Below, in pieces: positions 38,487 to 48,785 of a DNA stretch of 64,000 bases (the stretch's first letter is position 1; each line of letters starts with the position of its first letter). Origin of the DNA: Bacillota bacterium (GTDB lineage Bacteria > Patescibacteriota > Minisyncoccia > Phycocordibacterales > Phycocordibacteraceae); NCBI GenBank assembly GCA_050260455.1, contig JBLNCF010000010.1, positions 37,653 through 101,652 on the forward strand, given 5' to 3'. Below the pieces are notes generated by a model that saw nothing but the letters and a program-made list of their open reading frames with translations, ran no database searches and had not been told where the DNA came from. The position numbers were made by a program, and so were the translations under genes.

Positions 38487-39429
38487 AAAGATGCATGCTA
38501 GTTGGTTTGGTAATGCAGACGCCTTCGCCGTTGCAGCGTTCGAACACTCGCAGCTTCGCGCTTCGGGCCCGCGGATTGGCTGCAAGTTCTTCCGTCGAGG
38601 GCACGACCGGCTTACGAGTCACGACGGTTCCTCGTCCCGCATATGCCGCATCCTTCATGAGGCCTTTCACGATGCGGTCTTCAATGCTATGGAACGTGAT
38701 GACTGAAATGCGACCGCCTTCGGTCAAACGGGATAGTGCAGCTTCCATGCCGTCACGCAACGCACCAAACTCATCGTTGGTGGCGATGCGAAGTGCCTGG
38801 AAGGTTTTCGTGGCCGGATGAAGGCGGCGATGTTGGTACCAAGCAGGAGTACCCCGCGTTACCGCGTCAGCGAGTTGAAGTGTGGTGAGAATACGTTCTT
38901 TCTTGCGGATTTCCACGATGGAACGAGCAATGCCGCGAGAGAACCGTTCTTCGCCGTAGGTGTAGATGAGGTCAGCGAGTTCCTCTTCCGGAAGGCCGTT
39001 CACGAGATCGGCAGCGGTCTTCCCTTCTTCAGGATCTCCGTAGGTCATAAGGAGCGGCTCATCCACCCGGAATGAGAAACCGCGTCCAGCAGAAAGCTGG
39101 AAGGCGTTCCATCCGAGATCGAAGAGTGCTCCGTCGATGCAGGAGATACCGAGATCGTCGAGAATACGTCCGAGGTTGCGGAAGTTGTCCCGCACGAGGT
39201 GCATGGAAGGACCCTTCCCCGCCATTTCAGCGACCACCTGCTCCCCCCGCTCTATGGACGCCTGATCGGCATCAATACCAATAAGTGTTCCGGAGGGACC
39301 AAGCGCGATGGCGAGTTCACGGAAATGCCCTGCCGCGCCCAAGGTTCCATCAACGATCGTGTCACCAGGAGCCGCATGGAGCGCCTCGACGGCTTCGTGA
39401 AGGAGAACGGTGTCGTGGCGCTGCTCCAT
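38479..39429 (-). CDS. rsmH: 16S rRNA m4C1402 methyltransferase
   Basis: DGTLGAAGH, RGFSF, FQALRIATN, FHSIEDR, NPRARSAKLR. Confidence 0.96.
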   Translation of the reverse strand: MEQRHDTVLLHEAVEALHAAPGDTIVDGTLGAAGHFRELAIALGPSGTLIGIDADQASIERGEQVVAEMAGKGPSMHLVRDNFRNLGRILDDLGISCIDGALFDLGWNAFQLSAGRGFSFRVDEPLLMTYGDPEEGKTAADLVNGLPEEELADLIYTYGEERFSRGIARSIVEIRKKERILTTLQLADAVTRGTPAWYQHRRLHPATKTFQALRIATNDEFGALRDGMEAALSRLTEGGRISVITFHSIEDRIVKGLMKDAAYAGRGTVVTRKPVVPSTEELAANPRARSAKLRVFERCNGEGVCITKPTSMHLYV

Positions 39430-39433
39430 AGGA

Positions 39434-39868
39434 TTAGAGAGCTCCCGTAGAGCCGAGACGCTCTGCAAACTCGTCCGCATCGCGCTCGATGGCCTTGGTG
39501 TATGCAGCCCAGGCCTTTTCGTCCCACACTTCGACCCGATCATTAACGCCCGCAACCACACTCTTTTCCTTCAAGGTGGCGAAGGAACGGAGGTAGTCAG
39601 GAATAAGGATGCGTCCTGCGCTGTCGACGTCTGCTTCGACGGCGCCTGCAAGCATAAGGCGGGAGAGACCGCGTCCCGCACTCGAACCGGTGGAGTGCAC
39701 AGCAATTCGCTCTGCTTGCTTCTTCCAGGCAGCTTTGGGATACACGAACAGACATCGGTCGAGACCGCGCGTCACGATGACACTCGAACCGAGCTCCTTA
39801 CGGAACTTTGAGGGTAGCGATATGCGGTTCTTGCTGTCGAACGTATGACGGTATTCGCCGATGAACAT
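39434..39868 (-). CDS. mraZ: Transcriptional regulator MraZ
   Basis: MFIGEY.H..D.KNR..LP, DSAGRILIP. Confidence 0.95.
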   Translation of the reverse strand: MFIGEYRHTFDSKNRISLPSKFRKELGSSVIVTRGLDRCLFVYPKAAWKKQAERIAVHSTGSSAGRGLSRLMLAGAVEADVDSAGRILIPDYLRSFATLKEKSVVAGVNDRVEVWDEKAWAAYTKAIERDADEFAERLGSTGAL

Positions 39869-39919
39869 AGGTATCGTGAGGGGTGCGGAATGCGCCGGAA
39901 AGAAGAAGAAAACGGCATA

Positions 39920-39987
39920 TCCCACTTCATCCCACTAGTATGGAATTATATGCCACTTTCTCCCACCGAACGGCACGTTATCCCCAC
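39920..39987 (-). promoter_or_regulatory. MraZ operator: phased GTGG(G) repeats
   Basis: CCCAC/GCCAC at 39921, 39931, 39952, 39962 and 39983. Confidence 0.75.
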
Positions 39988-40076
39988 GCCCGTGAAGGCA
40001 CAGTGAAGGGTGTTGTGCACCTTTCCGTACGGTCCCGCTTTGACAGAAATTCATGCGGGCATATACTGAGCCAGTA

Positions 40077-40178
40077 ATGACTCACGCGAACAACAATCTC
40101 CGCCGCTGGATCCTCGCGATCTTCGTCTACATCGGTCTTCTTCGACCGGTCGGAGTTTCGCTTGAGGTCTCCCAGTAA
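40077..40178 (+). CDS. 33-aa hydrophobic peptide, possible leader peptide
   Basis: MTHANNNLRRWILAIFVYIGLLRPVGVSLEVSQ; TTGACA-16-TATACT at 40040-40067. Confidence 0.5.
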   Translation: MTHANNNLRRWILAIFVYIGLLRPVGVSLEVSQ

Positions 40179-40274
40179 GCAGGAAAACAGAGACTTGAAT
40201 CGAGCCCCCGACCAATCGGGGGCTCGATTCGTTTGTTCTTTCCCATTAACCAGCGCAACAAGGGAGAAATGCGC

Positions 40275-41273
40275 ATGACTACCAACGTACGATCCGACTG
40301 CCTCTCGGCACCGGTGCTCGACACTGAATACATCAGCACGGACGAGCAGCGTGCATACGAGGATCTGGTCACGTCGGAAGTGATCGAACGGCATGCGTCA
40401 TGGTCCTCTTCCACGCTGCGTGCCAACTGCCTCTTCCGTCACCTCTTCGGCCTACCCTCTCCAGTCATCGTCGTGGAGTTCCTGTCGAAACAGCCTGAAG
40501 CCCGCGACATGGTCGGGTGCAGGATGGACGCACGCGGCCTGGGCCTCGCTGAGCATCTCGGGATCCCTGTGCTCACACGGGTCGCTGAGGAGCTCGTCCG
40601 GCAGAATGTCCGTAGCGTGGCTCTCTGCCTTGCACCGAACCGGACGGCTACACGGGAGCATGACATCGCACGGGGCGTATTCCTCAAGACCGGCGTCGAG
40701 TTCAAGATCATCCAGTCCCCTCGGGAACTCCCGAGCGACTGCTACGCCTGGATGCACGGCAAACAGAACGAATTCGGCGAACTGGACAACTTCGTGGCTA
40801 CTGCATTCGAACGCTCCATCTTCGGACCGTTCGAATACGCCCAGAATCGGCGATTTCTCATCGGCATCAACGGCGTAACACTCGCTCATCTGGGCTCGCC
40901 CGAGCAGGCGTACCTCAAGTACCCGGACGGCTTCCTTGCGGTCCATCTGCGTACCGGCAGGATCATGGAACGATACCGACCTGAACCTGATGTCCAGGCC
41001 ATCCGCGCCTACGAGGACTGGTACCAAGCCCGCGAACGGCTCCTGAGACTGACTCAATCGTCAGCCGCAATGGAGTGCCTCGTGCAGGAACGGCGCCCGG
41101 TAACGAGCTTCAAGCACGGTGGGGTCACCCATCACGAGCACCGCCATCTGTGCTTCGTGGTCAGCGAGAAGAAATTCAAGCTGGTCGGCGGGTATGCGCT
41201 TGCGGGTCCACGCGGTACGCCACTGCGATTCGATGGTACCGCGCTGGTACGTCCCCTCAAACTTGCCGCATGA
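40275..41273 (+). CDS. Orphan protein, possible degenerate ATP-grasp fold (SD-led)
   Basis: SD AGGGAG; YLKYPDG and LVQE motifs; terminator near 41296-41330. Confidence 0.6.
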   Translation: MTTNVRSDCLSAPVLDTEYISTDEQRAYEDLVTSEVIERHASWSSSTLRANCLFRHLFGLPSPVIVVEFLSKQPEARDMVGCRMDARGLGLAEHLGIPVLTRVAEELVRQNVRSVALCLAPNRTATREHDIARGVFLKTGVEFKIIQSPRELPSDCYAWMHGKQNEFGELDNFVATAFERSIFGPFEYAQNRRFLIGINGVTLAHLGSPEQAYLKYPDGFLAVHLRTGRIMERYRPEPDVQAIRAYEDWYQARERLLRLTQSSAAMECLVQERRPVTSFKHGGVTHHEHRHLCFVVSEKKFKLVGGYALAGPRGTPLRFDGTALVRPLKLAA

Positions 41274-41339
41274 CGCTCTCGGGAGCAGAATCGGCGAAGG
41301 CGGTCCGTGAGGACCGCCTTCTTCTTTTTTCAATTCTCG

Positions 41340-41810
41340 TTAGGAAACTTTCTCTATCGAATAGGTTTGTTTGCCGTTAGGCGTCTCGAAGGTGAAGACC
41401 TCCCCTTTCTTCTTGCCCATGATGGCTGCACCGAGCGGCGAGACGTGGGAGAGCTTGCGTGCGCGCATGTCCGCTTCTTCAGAACCGACGATGGTGTATT
41501 CGTGCGACTCGCCTCCTCCCTCTTTCTTAATGACCACCGTGGAGCCGAAGCCGACGACGTCCTTCTTCTTGCCGTCAGTCATGATATGCGCACGCTTCAC
41601 GAGCTCCTCGAGCTTCCTGATGCGCTCCTCGGTCGCAGCCTGAAGCTCGCGTGCTTCCTGATACTCTGCATTTTCCGAGAGATCTCCGAGCGAACGCGCG
41701 TACTCGAGATTCTTTGCAATCTCGGTGCGGCGCACGGTCTTCAAGTTCTCGAGCTCTGCGAGCATCTCATCGAACTTCTCCTGGCTTACGATCGTGTCCT
41801 GGTCGGTCAT
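41340..41810 (-). CDS. greA: Transcription elongation factor GreA
   Basis: GDLSENAEY, SPLGAA. Confidence 0.96.
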   Translation of the reverse strand: MTDQDTIVSQEKFDEMLAELENLKTVRRTEIAKNLEYARSLGDLSENAEYQEARELQAATEERIRKLEELVKRAHIMTDGKKKDVVGFGSTVVIKKEGGGESHEYTIVGSEEADMRARKLSHVSPLGAAIMGKKKGEVFTFETPNGKQTYSIEKVS

Positions 41811-41876
41811 TGTAAATCTGCTGTCTGCTAATGGTAGGGATATTCTACGGGAGCGCTGGGGGGCGTCAATGACCGG

Positions 41877-43547
41877 CTACCTGAAGTATTCAGGTGCGCT
41901 CTGATGGAGCTCCGACAAGGCCTGATGCGTGGCGTAAATACCACCTAATGAGTTCCCTGCCGGGCCTTTTTCCATCACCACGACATAGACGTATTTCGGG
42001 TGCTCATACGGGAAAAATCCCACTGCCCAGGAGTTGTAGTACTCGTTATGGAAGCCGAGCTGCGCGGTACCCGTCTTGCCCGCCACATGGACGAATGAAA
42101 GGTCAGAAATACCGATGGAGGTACCTTCGGTGGCGCCCTGCCGCATACCCTCGCGTACCACCTGCAGCTGTTGTGGAGACACGGCAATCGACTCGCCTTG
42201 CGGCATTTGGCCTGCAAGGATGGTGGGCTTCATGAGTTTTCCTCCGTTGGCCACCGCGGCGATGGCACGAGCCGCCTCAAGGGGTGTGACCTGCATGGAG
42301 TACTGACCGATAGCCACGTGGTACGTATCACCGATATTCCACGCCTCATTAAATCGCTTCTGCTTCCATGCCGGATCCGGAACAAATCCCGATGCTTCGC
42401 GTGGCAGTTCAATACCCGTCGGTTTAGTAAAGCCGAACGTCTCATACCAATACTTCAATCGGTCGATGCCGAGACCCTTTTGCGTACCATAGCCGCCACC
42501 CACCCGATAGAAATACACGTCCGAAGAAAAGGCGATGGCCTTACGCAGATCCTCTACACCAATGGCTTTCCAGTCCTTGAAGATGTTGGGGTGGGACGGG
42601 TCGTACGGATTCGGTATGGAAAGATAGCCAGGGTCATCAATCGTGAAGTCGGGCGTGACGACACCATCTGTGAGCGCGCCGGCAGCCTCGATAGGCTTCA
42701 CGATGGAACCAGGGGTGTAGAGACCAGAAACGGCACGATCGAGATAAGGCTGGCGAGAATCGGTCGAATAGCCGGCAATGACATCAGCTGGCCCACCAGC
42801 AGACAGTACGTTCGGATTGTATTCGGGATAGGACACCAGCGCGTGTATCTCACCCGTGTTTACGTCCATAAGAATTGCCGAGCCGCCCTGGAACGGGATC
42901 TTATCTGCCAACTGCGACACCGCATCGTAGAAGGCTGTTTGTGCGCGTGCATCAATGGCTAGCGTGAGGTTCTCTCCATTTACAGGAGGCGCCACCGTAC
43001 CTTCAGAGTGAGTAGCACCGAGTGCATCCTCTTCCACTAGGAGTGTTCCGTTCTTTCCTGCGAGCGAATCATTGAATGCCGCTTCAATACCGGCGAGTCC
43101 GGTGATGTCGGTATCGTAATAATGTCCAGACTTGTCCTTCTTCGGATACGAGACGTATCCGAGCAGGTGTGCGAATCCGGGACTCTTGTAGAGGCGAACG
43201 ATAGAGCCATCATCCTTCTCATCGTTGGTGACAAGCGCAACTCCATTCCTGTCGAGAATGGCACCGCGCTGGGCGAATATGATGCTCGGTCGCAAACGAT
43301 TCTTCTCACTCTGCTCCGCATAGGTCTTCCCTTTCACAACCTCGAGATTCGCTGCTTGTGCAACGAGCGCACAAAACAGAAGTCCAAGTACAAGAAAGAT
43401 TCCCGCAAACGCACGTTCCGAGATGGGTCGCTCCAGACGACCTTCGAGGCGGCCGCGGTCGAAGTCAGGGAGATTAGAAGAGTCGAGGAATATCTCGTCT
43501 GGTGCTAGCTCCAAATTGCGCCGCATGCGCCTTCGCCACCACTTCAT
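41877..43547 (-). CDS. mrdA: Penicillin-binding protein 2
   Basis: GSIVK, SSD, KTGT; follows mreBC. Confidence 0.88.
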   Translation of the reverse strand: MKWWRRRMRRNLELAPDEIFLDSSNLPDFDRGRLEGRLERPISERAFAGIFLVLGLLFCALVAQAANLEVVKGKTYAEQSEKNRLRPSIIFAQRGAILDRNGVALVTNDEKDDGSIVRLYKSPGFAHLLGYVSYPKKDKSGHYYDTDITGLAGIEAAFNDSLAGKNGTLLVEEDALGATHSEGTVAPPVNGENLTLAIDARAQTAFYDAVSQLADKIPFQGGSAILMDVNTGEIHALVSYPEYNPNVLSAGGPADVIAGYSTDSRQPYLDRAVSGLYTPGSIVKPIEAAGALTDGVVTPDFTIDDPGYLSIPNPYDPSHPNIFKDWKAIGVEDLRKAIAFSSDVYFYRVGGGYGTQKGLGIDRLKYWYETFGFTKPTGIELPREASGFVPDPAWKQKRFNEAWNIGDTYHVAIGQYSMQVTPLEAARAIAAVANGGKLMKPTILAGQMPQGESIAVSPQQLQVVREGMRQGATEGTSIGISDLSFVHVAGKTGTAQLGFHNEYYNSWAVGFFPYEHPKYVYVVVMEKGPAGNSLGGIYATHQALSELHQSAPEYFR

Positions 43548-43795
43548 GCGCCCATGATACGCGTTTCGATGAAGCGATGCACGACGTATCCGATCACGCT
43601 TGCAGCACTACCCGCGAGCGTGGCATACGGGAGCGGTATCGAAGGCACGTGATAGAGGCCATCCGCGATCACCCCGGCTAGCAGGCCCGCAGGCGGCACG
43701 ATGACACTCGCCCCAAGCACAAGGAGGAACGCCAGGGCTGCCGGAAAAAGGAGTGGCGAGAGGATAGCGACTAAGAGTGCGAGAGCCGTACGCAT
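43544..43795 (-). CDS. Small membrane protein in the MreD position
   Basis: Hydrophobic, AGVIAD motif, between mreC and pbp2. Confidence 0.55.
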   Translation of the reverse strand: MRTALALLVAILSPLLFPAALAFLLVLGASVIVPPAGLLAGVIADGLYHVPSIPLPYATLAGSAASVIGYVVHRFIETRIMGA

Positions 43796-43796
43796 A

Positions 43797-44597
43797 TTAC
43801 CGACCGATGGTAACCCACGTGAGGGAGAAGAGATTCGTATACGGGGCAATACGGAGAGCCATCGACGGAGAAGAAGGATCAGCGTCCACGCGTACCACCG
43901 TACCGATGGGAAGTGCACCCGGTCCCGGCACGTACACCACATCGTTCACCGCCACTTGGCTTTCCCGCGGCATGGTAGCAATGAACGCACCCGCACCTTT
44001 ACCCGTGAGCGTTACGGGGATGCGCTTTTCCCCTACCCAACCGTCAATTGTCCTGCCGCCCGCAGAAAACAGGAAGATGCGCGACGATCGCTCGGATACA
44101 CTATCGACCGTGCCAAGGGGTGTTCCTCCAGGCCCGTACGCATACGCACCCTGCGTGACCCCCCGAGACGATCCAGCATCAACTACCAGCGTGTCGTAGG
44201 AAGAAACGGGTGGACGAGCAAGCACACCCGCAAGGATGCTTTCCGGAGCTGCCGCGCGCCCTCCAAGCAAACGTTCAAGGTCAGTGGTCTTTGCACGAAG
44301 CATACGATTCTCTTCGTTTGCCGCCATATTTTCAGCAATGAGACGATCGCGATCTCGGGCGAGTGCAACGGCGTTACCAAATGGAGCGGTCGCATGCTCA
44401 ATACCACTTGAGAGTGCATCTCCTACTTTCCATGCGGGAGTAGCTATGAGCGTAAGCGCATCGGGTGCAAAGAAATGGAGTAGAGCAACAAGAAGAGCAA
44501 CAACGCCGACAATCATACCAACGAGAATGCCCCTCGATGGAATGAGGACGTTGCGGTGACGGTACGAATTAGCGTTCCGAGATGATCGCATCTTCAT
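43797..44597 (-). CDS. mreC: Rod shape-determining protein MreC
   Basis: TM helix, coiled coil, LVVDAGSSRGV, IGTV. Confidence 0.85.
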   Translation of the reverse strand: MKMRSSRNANSYRHRNVLIPSRGILVGMIVGVVALLVALLHFFAPDALTLIATPAWKVGDALSSGIEHATAPFGNAVALARDRDRLIAENMAANEENRMLRAKTTDLERLLGGRAAAPESILAGVLARPPVSSYDTLVVDAGSSRGVTQGAYAYGPGGTPLGTVDSVSERSSRIFLFSAGGRTIDGWVGEKRIPVTLTGKGAGAFIATMPRESQVAVNDVVYVPGPGALPIGTVVRVDADPSSPSMALRIAPYTNLFSLTWVTIGR

Positions 44598-45627
44598 GCA
44601 TGAAAGCTTCGGCCCACGGGCGCGGATCCTCGGTCACAATACCGGCACCACGCACCACGGCCGTAAGAGGATCAGGAGCAACGTGCACGGGCACTCCGAG
44701 CATCTTTGCGAGAAGCTCCGGAAGACCGCGCAACAAAGCACCGCCACCAAATACGGTCACTCCGTGCTGGAGCACATCAGAAAGAAGTTCAGGCGGTGTG
44801 TTCTCGATGACCTCCTTCATGGTCTCCATCAAACTGTCGAGTGAGGGCGCAAGTGCCTCGCGAACATGCGAGTCGGTGAGGGTAATCTCCCGTGGCAGGC
44901 CCGTGGCAAGATCGCGACCGCGTAGTGCACGCTCGAGCGGCTCTTCGAGCGGCAGGACCGCACCAATAGCAATCTTGGTGTCCTCCGCCGTCTTTTCTCC
45001 AATAGCGAGCTGAAATTCACTCCGCACGAAATCGATAATGTTCTCATTGAAACGATCGCCAGCGACCTGCGACGACTTGCCCGAGACTGAACCGCCGAGT
45101 GCAAGCACCGCAATATCGGTGGTGCCTCCACCAATATCGAGCACCATAGTGCCGACTGGTTCAGTAATAGGAAGCTTTGCGCCGATAGCTCCTGCCATGG
45201 GCTCTTCCATGATATAGACCTCGCGCGCGCCCGCCGTGAGCGCCGCATCGCGCACTGCACGACTCTCCACGTTGGTGACCCCTGTGGGCACCCCAATGAC
45301 CACACGCGGTCCGAGAAGACGAGAACGGCCACCCTGTGCCTTATTGATGAGATACGCGAGAAGTTCCTCCGTGACTTCGAAGTCCGAGATCACCCCATGT
45401 GACAGCGGACGCACGGCACGAATGTGCGACGGGGTCTTGCCGAGCATCACCTTCGCCTCCTTCCCCACCGCGACCACCTGGCCGGTCTTGTCGTTAAGTG
45501 CAACTACCGATGGCTCGTCGATGACAATGCCGCGACCACGCACATACACAAGCGTGTTAGCAGTACCGAGGTCGATGCCGATATCGCTCGAGAAGAGCGA
45601 GTTGCGTGAGAAGCGTTTCTTAGCCAT
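44569..45627 (-). CDS. mreB: Actin-like MreB
   Basis: IDLGTANT, EPMAGAIGA, DIGGGTT, GGGALL. Confidence 0.95.
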   Translation of the reverse strand: MAKKRFSRNSLFSSDIGIDLGTANTLVYVRGRGIVIDEPSVVALNDKTGQVVAVGKEAKVMLGKTPSHIRAVRPLSHGVISDFEVTEELLAYLINKAQGGRSRLLGPRVVIGVPTGVTNVESRAVRDAALTAGAREVYIMEEPMAGAIGAKLPITEPVGTMVLDIGGGTTDIAVLALGGSVSGKSSQVAGDRFNENIIDFVRSEFQLAIGEKTAEDTKIAIGAVLPLEEPLERALRGRDLATGLPREITLTDSHVREALAPSLDSLMETMKEVIENTPPELLSDVLQHGVTVFGGGALLRGLPELLAKMLGVPVHVAPDPLTAVVRGAGIVTEDPRPWAEAFMHEDAIISER

Positions 45628-46888
45628 GGCGATGTGCTTTCTGTGCGCCCGTGGAAAACGCGATGAGCTCCTCCCGAGAAACGAGGCCGGTCTGCCCAGT
45701 GCGTCGGTATGTCGACTCGATCTTTCCTGTTTCAAGCGTCTGCTTGCCGATGACCACGCGCGCAGGAATACCAATCAGGTCCGCGTCCGCGAGCTTCTCA
45801 CCCGCACGAGCATCGCGGTCGTCGTACAGCACCTCCACCCCTGCGGCCGTGAGGTCGTTATAGAGCTCATCCGCGTACTTCATGACCTCGGGATCAGGCA
45901 CGACCGGGACGAGGTGCACGAGGAACGGCGCAACCGACTCTGGCCATACCATGCCCTTATCGTCGGAAAGCGTCTCGACGATGACGCCCATGAGACGGGT
46001 CGTGCCGATACCGTAGCAGCCCTCGATTGGATACTGATCCTTCCCGTCCTGATCTTTGTACGTGAAATTGAAATCCTTGGTGTACTTACGGCCGAGATCG
46101 AAGACGTTCCCTACCTCGGAAGCCTTCGCGGTCGCAAGCGTCCCCTTCCCGCACTTCTCGCAGATATCGCCTTCTTTCTGCTTCGCCACTTCCACGTTCG
46201 CGCAGTGGGTGCAATCGGAGCAGTACACGATGTCGTCCTCACCCGCATCGGTAAGCACCATGAACTCGTACGAAAGCTTCTCGGTGAAGCTGCCGCCGGA
46301 CGCTTCCGTCACTTTAGCGGTGAGACCGCACTTCTCGTATATCTCAAGGTACTTCGCCTTTACGGTCTCGTAGAAGCGATCGAAGTCTTCTTGCGTTTCG
46401 TGGAAGCTGTACATGTCCTTCATGCCGAATTCGCGGCCGCGCATGATGCCGGACTTGGCGCGCAGCTCGTCGCGGTACTTCTGCCCTATCTGATAGAGCG
46501 CGATGGGGAGATCACGGTACGAGGAAACGTATTCCTGCGCGATGGGCGTCACGATCTCCTCTTCGCTCTGGCCGAGCGCGTACTCGCGCTCGGTGCGACT
46601 CCGTATCTTGAAGAGTACGTCTACCTTGTCCCAGCCACCCGTCTGCTTCCAGGGCTCTGCCGGGTGGAGCGTCGCCATGCGGAGCTCCTGTCCGCCCACT
46701 TCGTTCATAGCGCGGCGCACGATGTTCTCGATCCGAGCGAGCGTGCGCTGCCCGAGCGGGAGATACGAATAGACGCCGGCCATCTCCTTGTGCACGAATC
46801 CGCCGCGAATGAGGAGCTGCGCGTTCTTGGACTCTTCGTCCTTCGGTGCCTCGCGGCGTGTCCTCGTGAATAGCTGGCTCTGGCGCAT
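45620..46888 (-). CDS. proS: Proline--tRNA ligase (short form)
   Basis: MRQSQLF, KYRDELR, REFGMKD, GCYGIG, DADLIGIP. Confidence 0.95.
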   Translation of the reverse strand: MRQSQLFTRTRREAPKDEESKNAQLLIRGGFVHKEMAGVYSYLPLGQRTLARIENIVRRAMNEVGGQELRMATLHPAEPWKQTGGWDKVDVLFKIRSRTEREYALGQSEEEIVTPIAQEYVSSYRDLPIALYQIGQKYRDELRAKSGIMRGREFGMKDMYSFHETQEDFDRFYETVKAKYLEIYEKCGLTAKVTEASGGSFTEKLSYEFMVLTDAGEDDIVYCSDCTHCANVEVAKQKEGDICEKCGKGTLATAKASEVGNVFDLGRKYTKDFNFTYKDQDGKDQYPIEGCYGIGTTRLMGVIVETLSDDKGMVWPESVAPFLVHLVPVVPDPEVMKYADELYNDLTAAGVEVLYDDRDARAGEKLADADLIGIPARVVIGKQTLETGKIESTYRRTGQTGLVSREELIAFSTGAQKAHRHG

Positions 46889-46990
46889 AGTTCCCCTAGT
46901 ATACGGCCCTCGTTTATGAAGGGCAAAAGAGTGCCGCCCGGTCCGTGGGACCGGGCGGTTACGCGAAGGTACGTGCATGGGTTCGGCAGA

Positions 46991-47599
46991 CTATCCCTGC
47001 GGGAGCACGCCGGGCGTTCCTTGCGGAAAGGTCGCCAACATGCGGGAGAAGCGTTCAGCGAGGCGCCGGAGGGCCGCTGCCATCGCCTGCTGGTCCGGAC
47101 GCGCGATGATGCTGTTGGCGTGCCCGGCAGCGAGGTGGAGACGCTCGAGCACCATGCCGCTGTAGAGCGCGAAGTCCGGAAGATACAGGCCGAACGAATT
47201 ATGTTCGAACGGCCCATCGATTCTCTTTCCCACCTGCACGACTCCCACGAACGGTCTCGGCTCGAGCCATGGCCGCATCGCTTCGTCTCGCGCGGCCTGT
47301 TTGAGCCAGTCCGCGGCGAGCGCGAGATAGGCAGGTTCGTACTCAGGTTCGAATCGAAGGACGCGGTGCGAGTGGGACGATATGCCGGTGAGTGTCCGAT
47401 AGATCTCCGTCCGCACATGCAGCAGGTGTTCCGGCAGCTTGTCTTTCGTGCCTGGAGACGAAACGATTTCGGCGACGAAATGCTCGTCGGGACTGTCCTT
47501 CACCCTGGTGAGCGCGTAGCGCACCAGGATATTATCCGGCAAAAGAGACGCTAGGTCGTCTTGCCTGGCCTGCGGTCTCTCGACCGTGTCCGTATGCAT
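46991..47599 (-). CDS. Orphan protein (SD-led cassette)
   Basis: SD AGGGGAG; TTGCGT-17-CATTAT; hairpin near 46934-46958. Confidence 0.6.
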   Translation of the reverse strand: MHTDTVERPQARQDDLASLLPDNILVRYALTRVKDSPDEHFVAEIVSSPGTKDKLPEHLLHVRTEIYRTLTGISSHSHRVLRFEPEYEPAYLALAADWLKQAARDEAMRPWLEPRPFVGVVQVGKRIDGPFEHNSFGLYLPDFALYSGMVLERLHLAAGHANSIIARPDQQAMAAALRRLAERFSRMLATFPQGTPGVLPQG

Positions 47600-47672
47600 G
47601 AGGTGATCTCCCCTATCATCGACGGAACCCCCGTCTGCGCGGATAATGCAATACATCCGCGAGATACGCAAA

Positions 47673-48782
47673 TTAACCGAGTATTTTGAAAACGTCGTGA
47701 GCGGTCACTACTACCATGAGCAGTATGAGCGCCGCAAAGCCCACCATGTTCACGGCACGTGCAGCGGCAGCCGGAAGTGGTCTACGAATAACCGCCTCCA
47801 TGAGAACGAATAGAAGCCGTCCTCCATCAAGGGCCGGAACCGGGATCAGATTGATGAGGGCCAGGTTGATAGAAATAATAGCGGTGATGGTGAGGAGTGC
47901 GGCGATTCCGTGAGAGGACGCTTGCCCCACTGCTCCCGCAATACCTACGGGTCCTGCTACCTGCGAGAGATCAGCAGTGAACGTGACAATGCCATGGAAG
48001 AAATGCCAGAGGCCAGCAGCCGTCTGTTTCGTAACTTCCCAGGTTATGACGGCACCCTCTGCAGGAGCCTTCCACCATGACACCGGAACGACACCCGTGA
48101 CCGCAACCGCAACACCCAGTGCCGCGCGATCCGGTGCATCAGGAATGATGCCCGTACGGGTGGTGACCTCTACGTCATGTTCATCGCCAGAAAGGGGTGC
48201 CACATGAAGTGTGAGTGGGGTGCCGGCTTTCGTACTATCAACGAATGCAGTGAACGCATCCGGACTGTTTCCGGTGTATGCACCTCCTGGGCTTCGCACC
48301 GAAACGATTCGATCGCCGGGCGCAATTCCCGCTTCTGCGGCCGGTGAACCGGGCAGTACCCGCGCCACCGTAAGCGCTACATCCTTGGCAACCGGAATCT
48401 GTTCATCAGTGAGTGCGCGTGGCGTTCCGATAGCAAGCGTTGCTGAAAGAAGCACCCATGCGAAGAGAAGGTTCATCGCAATACCCGCAAGCAGCACCAA
48501 TGCCTGGAGAATACGAGGGCGCGCGCCGAATGCACGATCGGCTTCGGGACCAGGCGGGACATGGTCCTGTTCATCCTCGCCATAGATGCGGACGAAGCCA
48601 CCGAACGGCAACCAGTTGAGCGTATAGTCAGTTTCTCCAAACTTCTTTCCCCACGCGCGCGGGGGATAACCCAAACCGAACTCCTCCACTTTCATTCCCG
48701 ACAGCTTCGCCACAACGAAGTGTCCAAACTCGTGCACCACAATGAGTGCAACGAGAACGAGAATGAAGAGAAGAATCGTCAT
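47673..48782 (-). CDS. rseP: Site-2 protease RseP with PDZ domain
   Basis: HEFGH, NLIPVPALDGG. Confidence 0.93.
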   Translation of the reverse strand: MTILLFILVLVALIVVHEFGHFVVAKLSGMKVEEFGLGYPPRAWGKKFGETDYTLNWLPFGGFVRIYGEDEQDHVPPGPEADRAFGARPRILQALVLLAGIAMNLLFAWVLLSATLAIGTPRALTDEQIPVAKDVALTVARVLPGSPAAEAGIAPGDRIVSVRSPGGAYTGNSPDAFTAFVDSTKAGTPLTLHVAPLSGDEHDVEVTTRTGIIPDAPDRAALGVAVAVTGVVPVSWWKAPAEGAVITWEVTKQTAAGLWHFFHGIVTFTADLSQVAGPVGIAGAVGQASSHGIAALLTITAIISINLALINLIPVPALDGGRLLFVLMEAVIRRPLPAAAARAVNMVGFAALILLMVVVTAHDVFKILG

Positions 48783-48785
48783 GCG

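Noticed and set aside
39920-39987. Phased CCCAC repeats as a novel element
   Set aside because: Explained by the known MraZ operator
45236-46873. 545-aa antisense ORF
   Set aside because: Shadow of proS/mreB with no recognisable motifs
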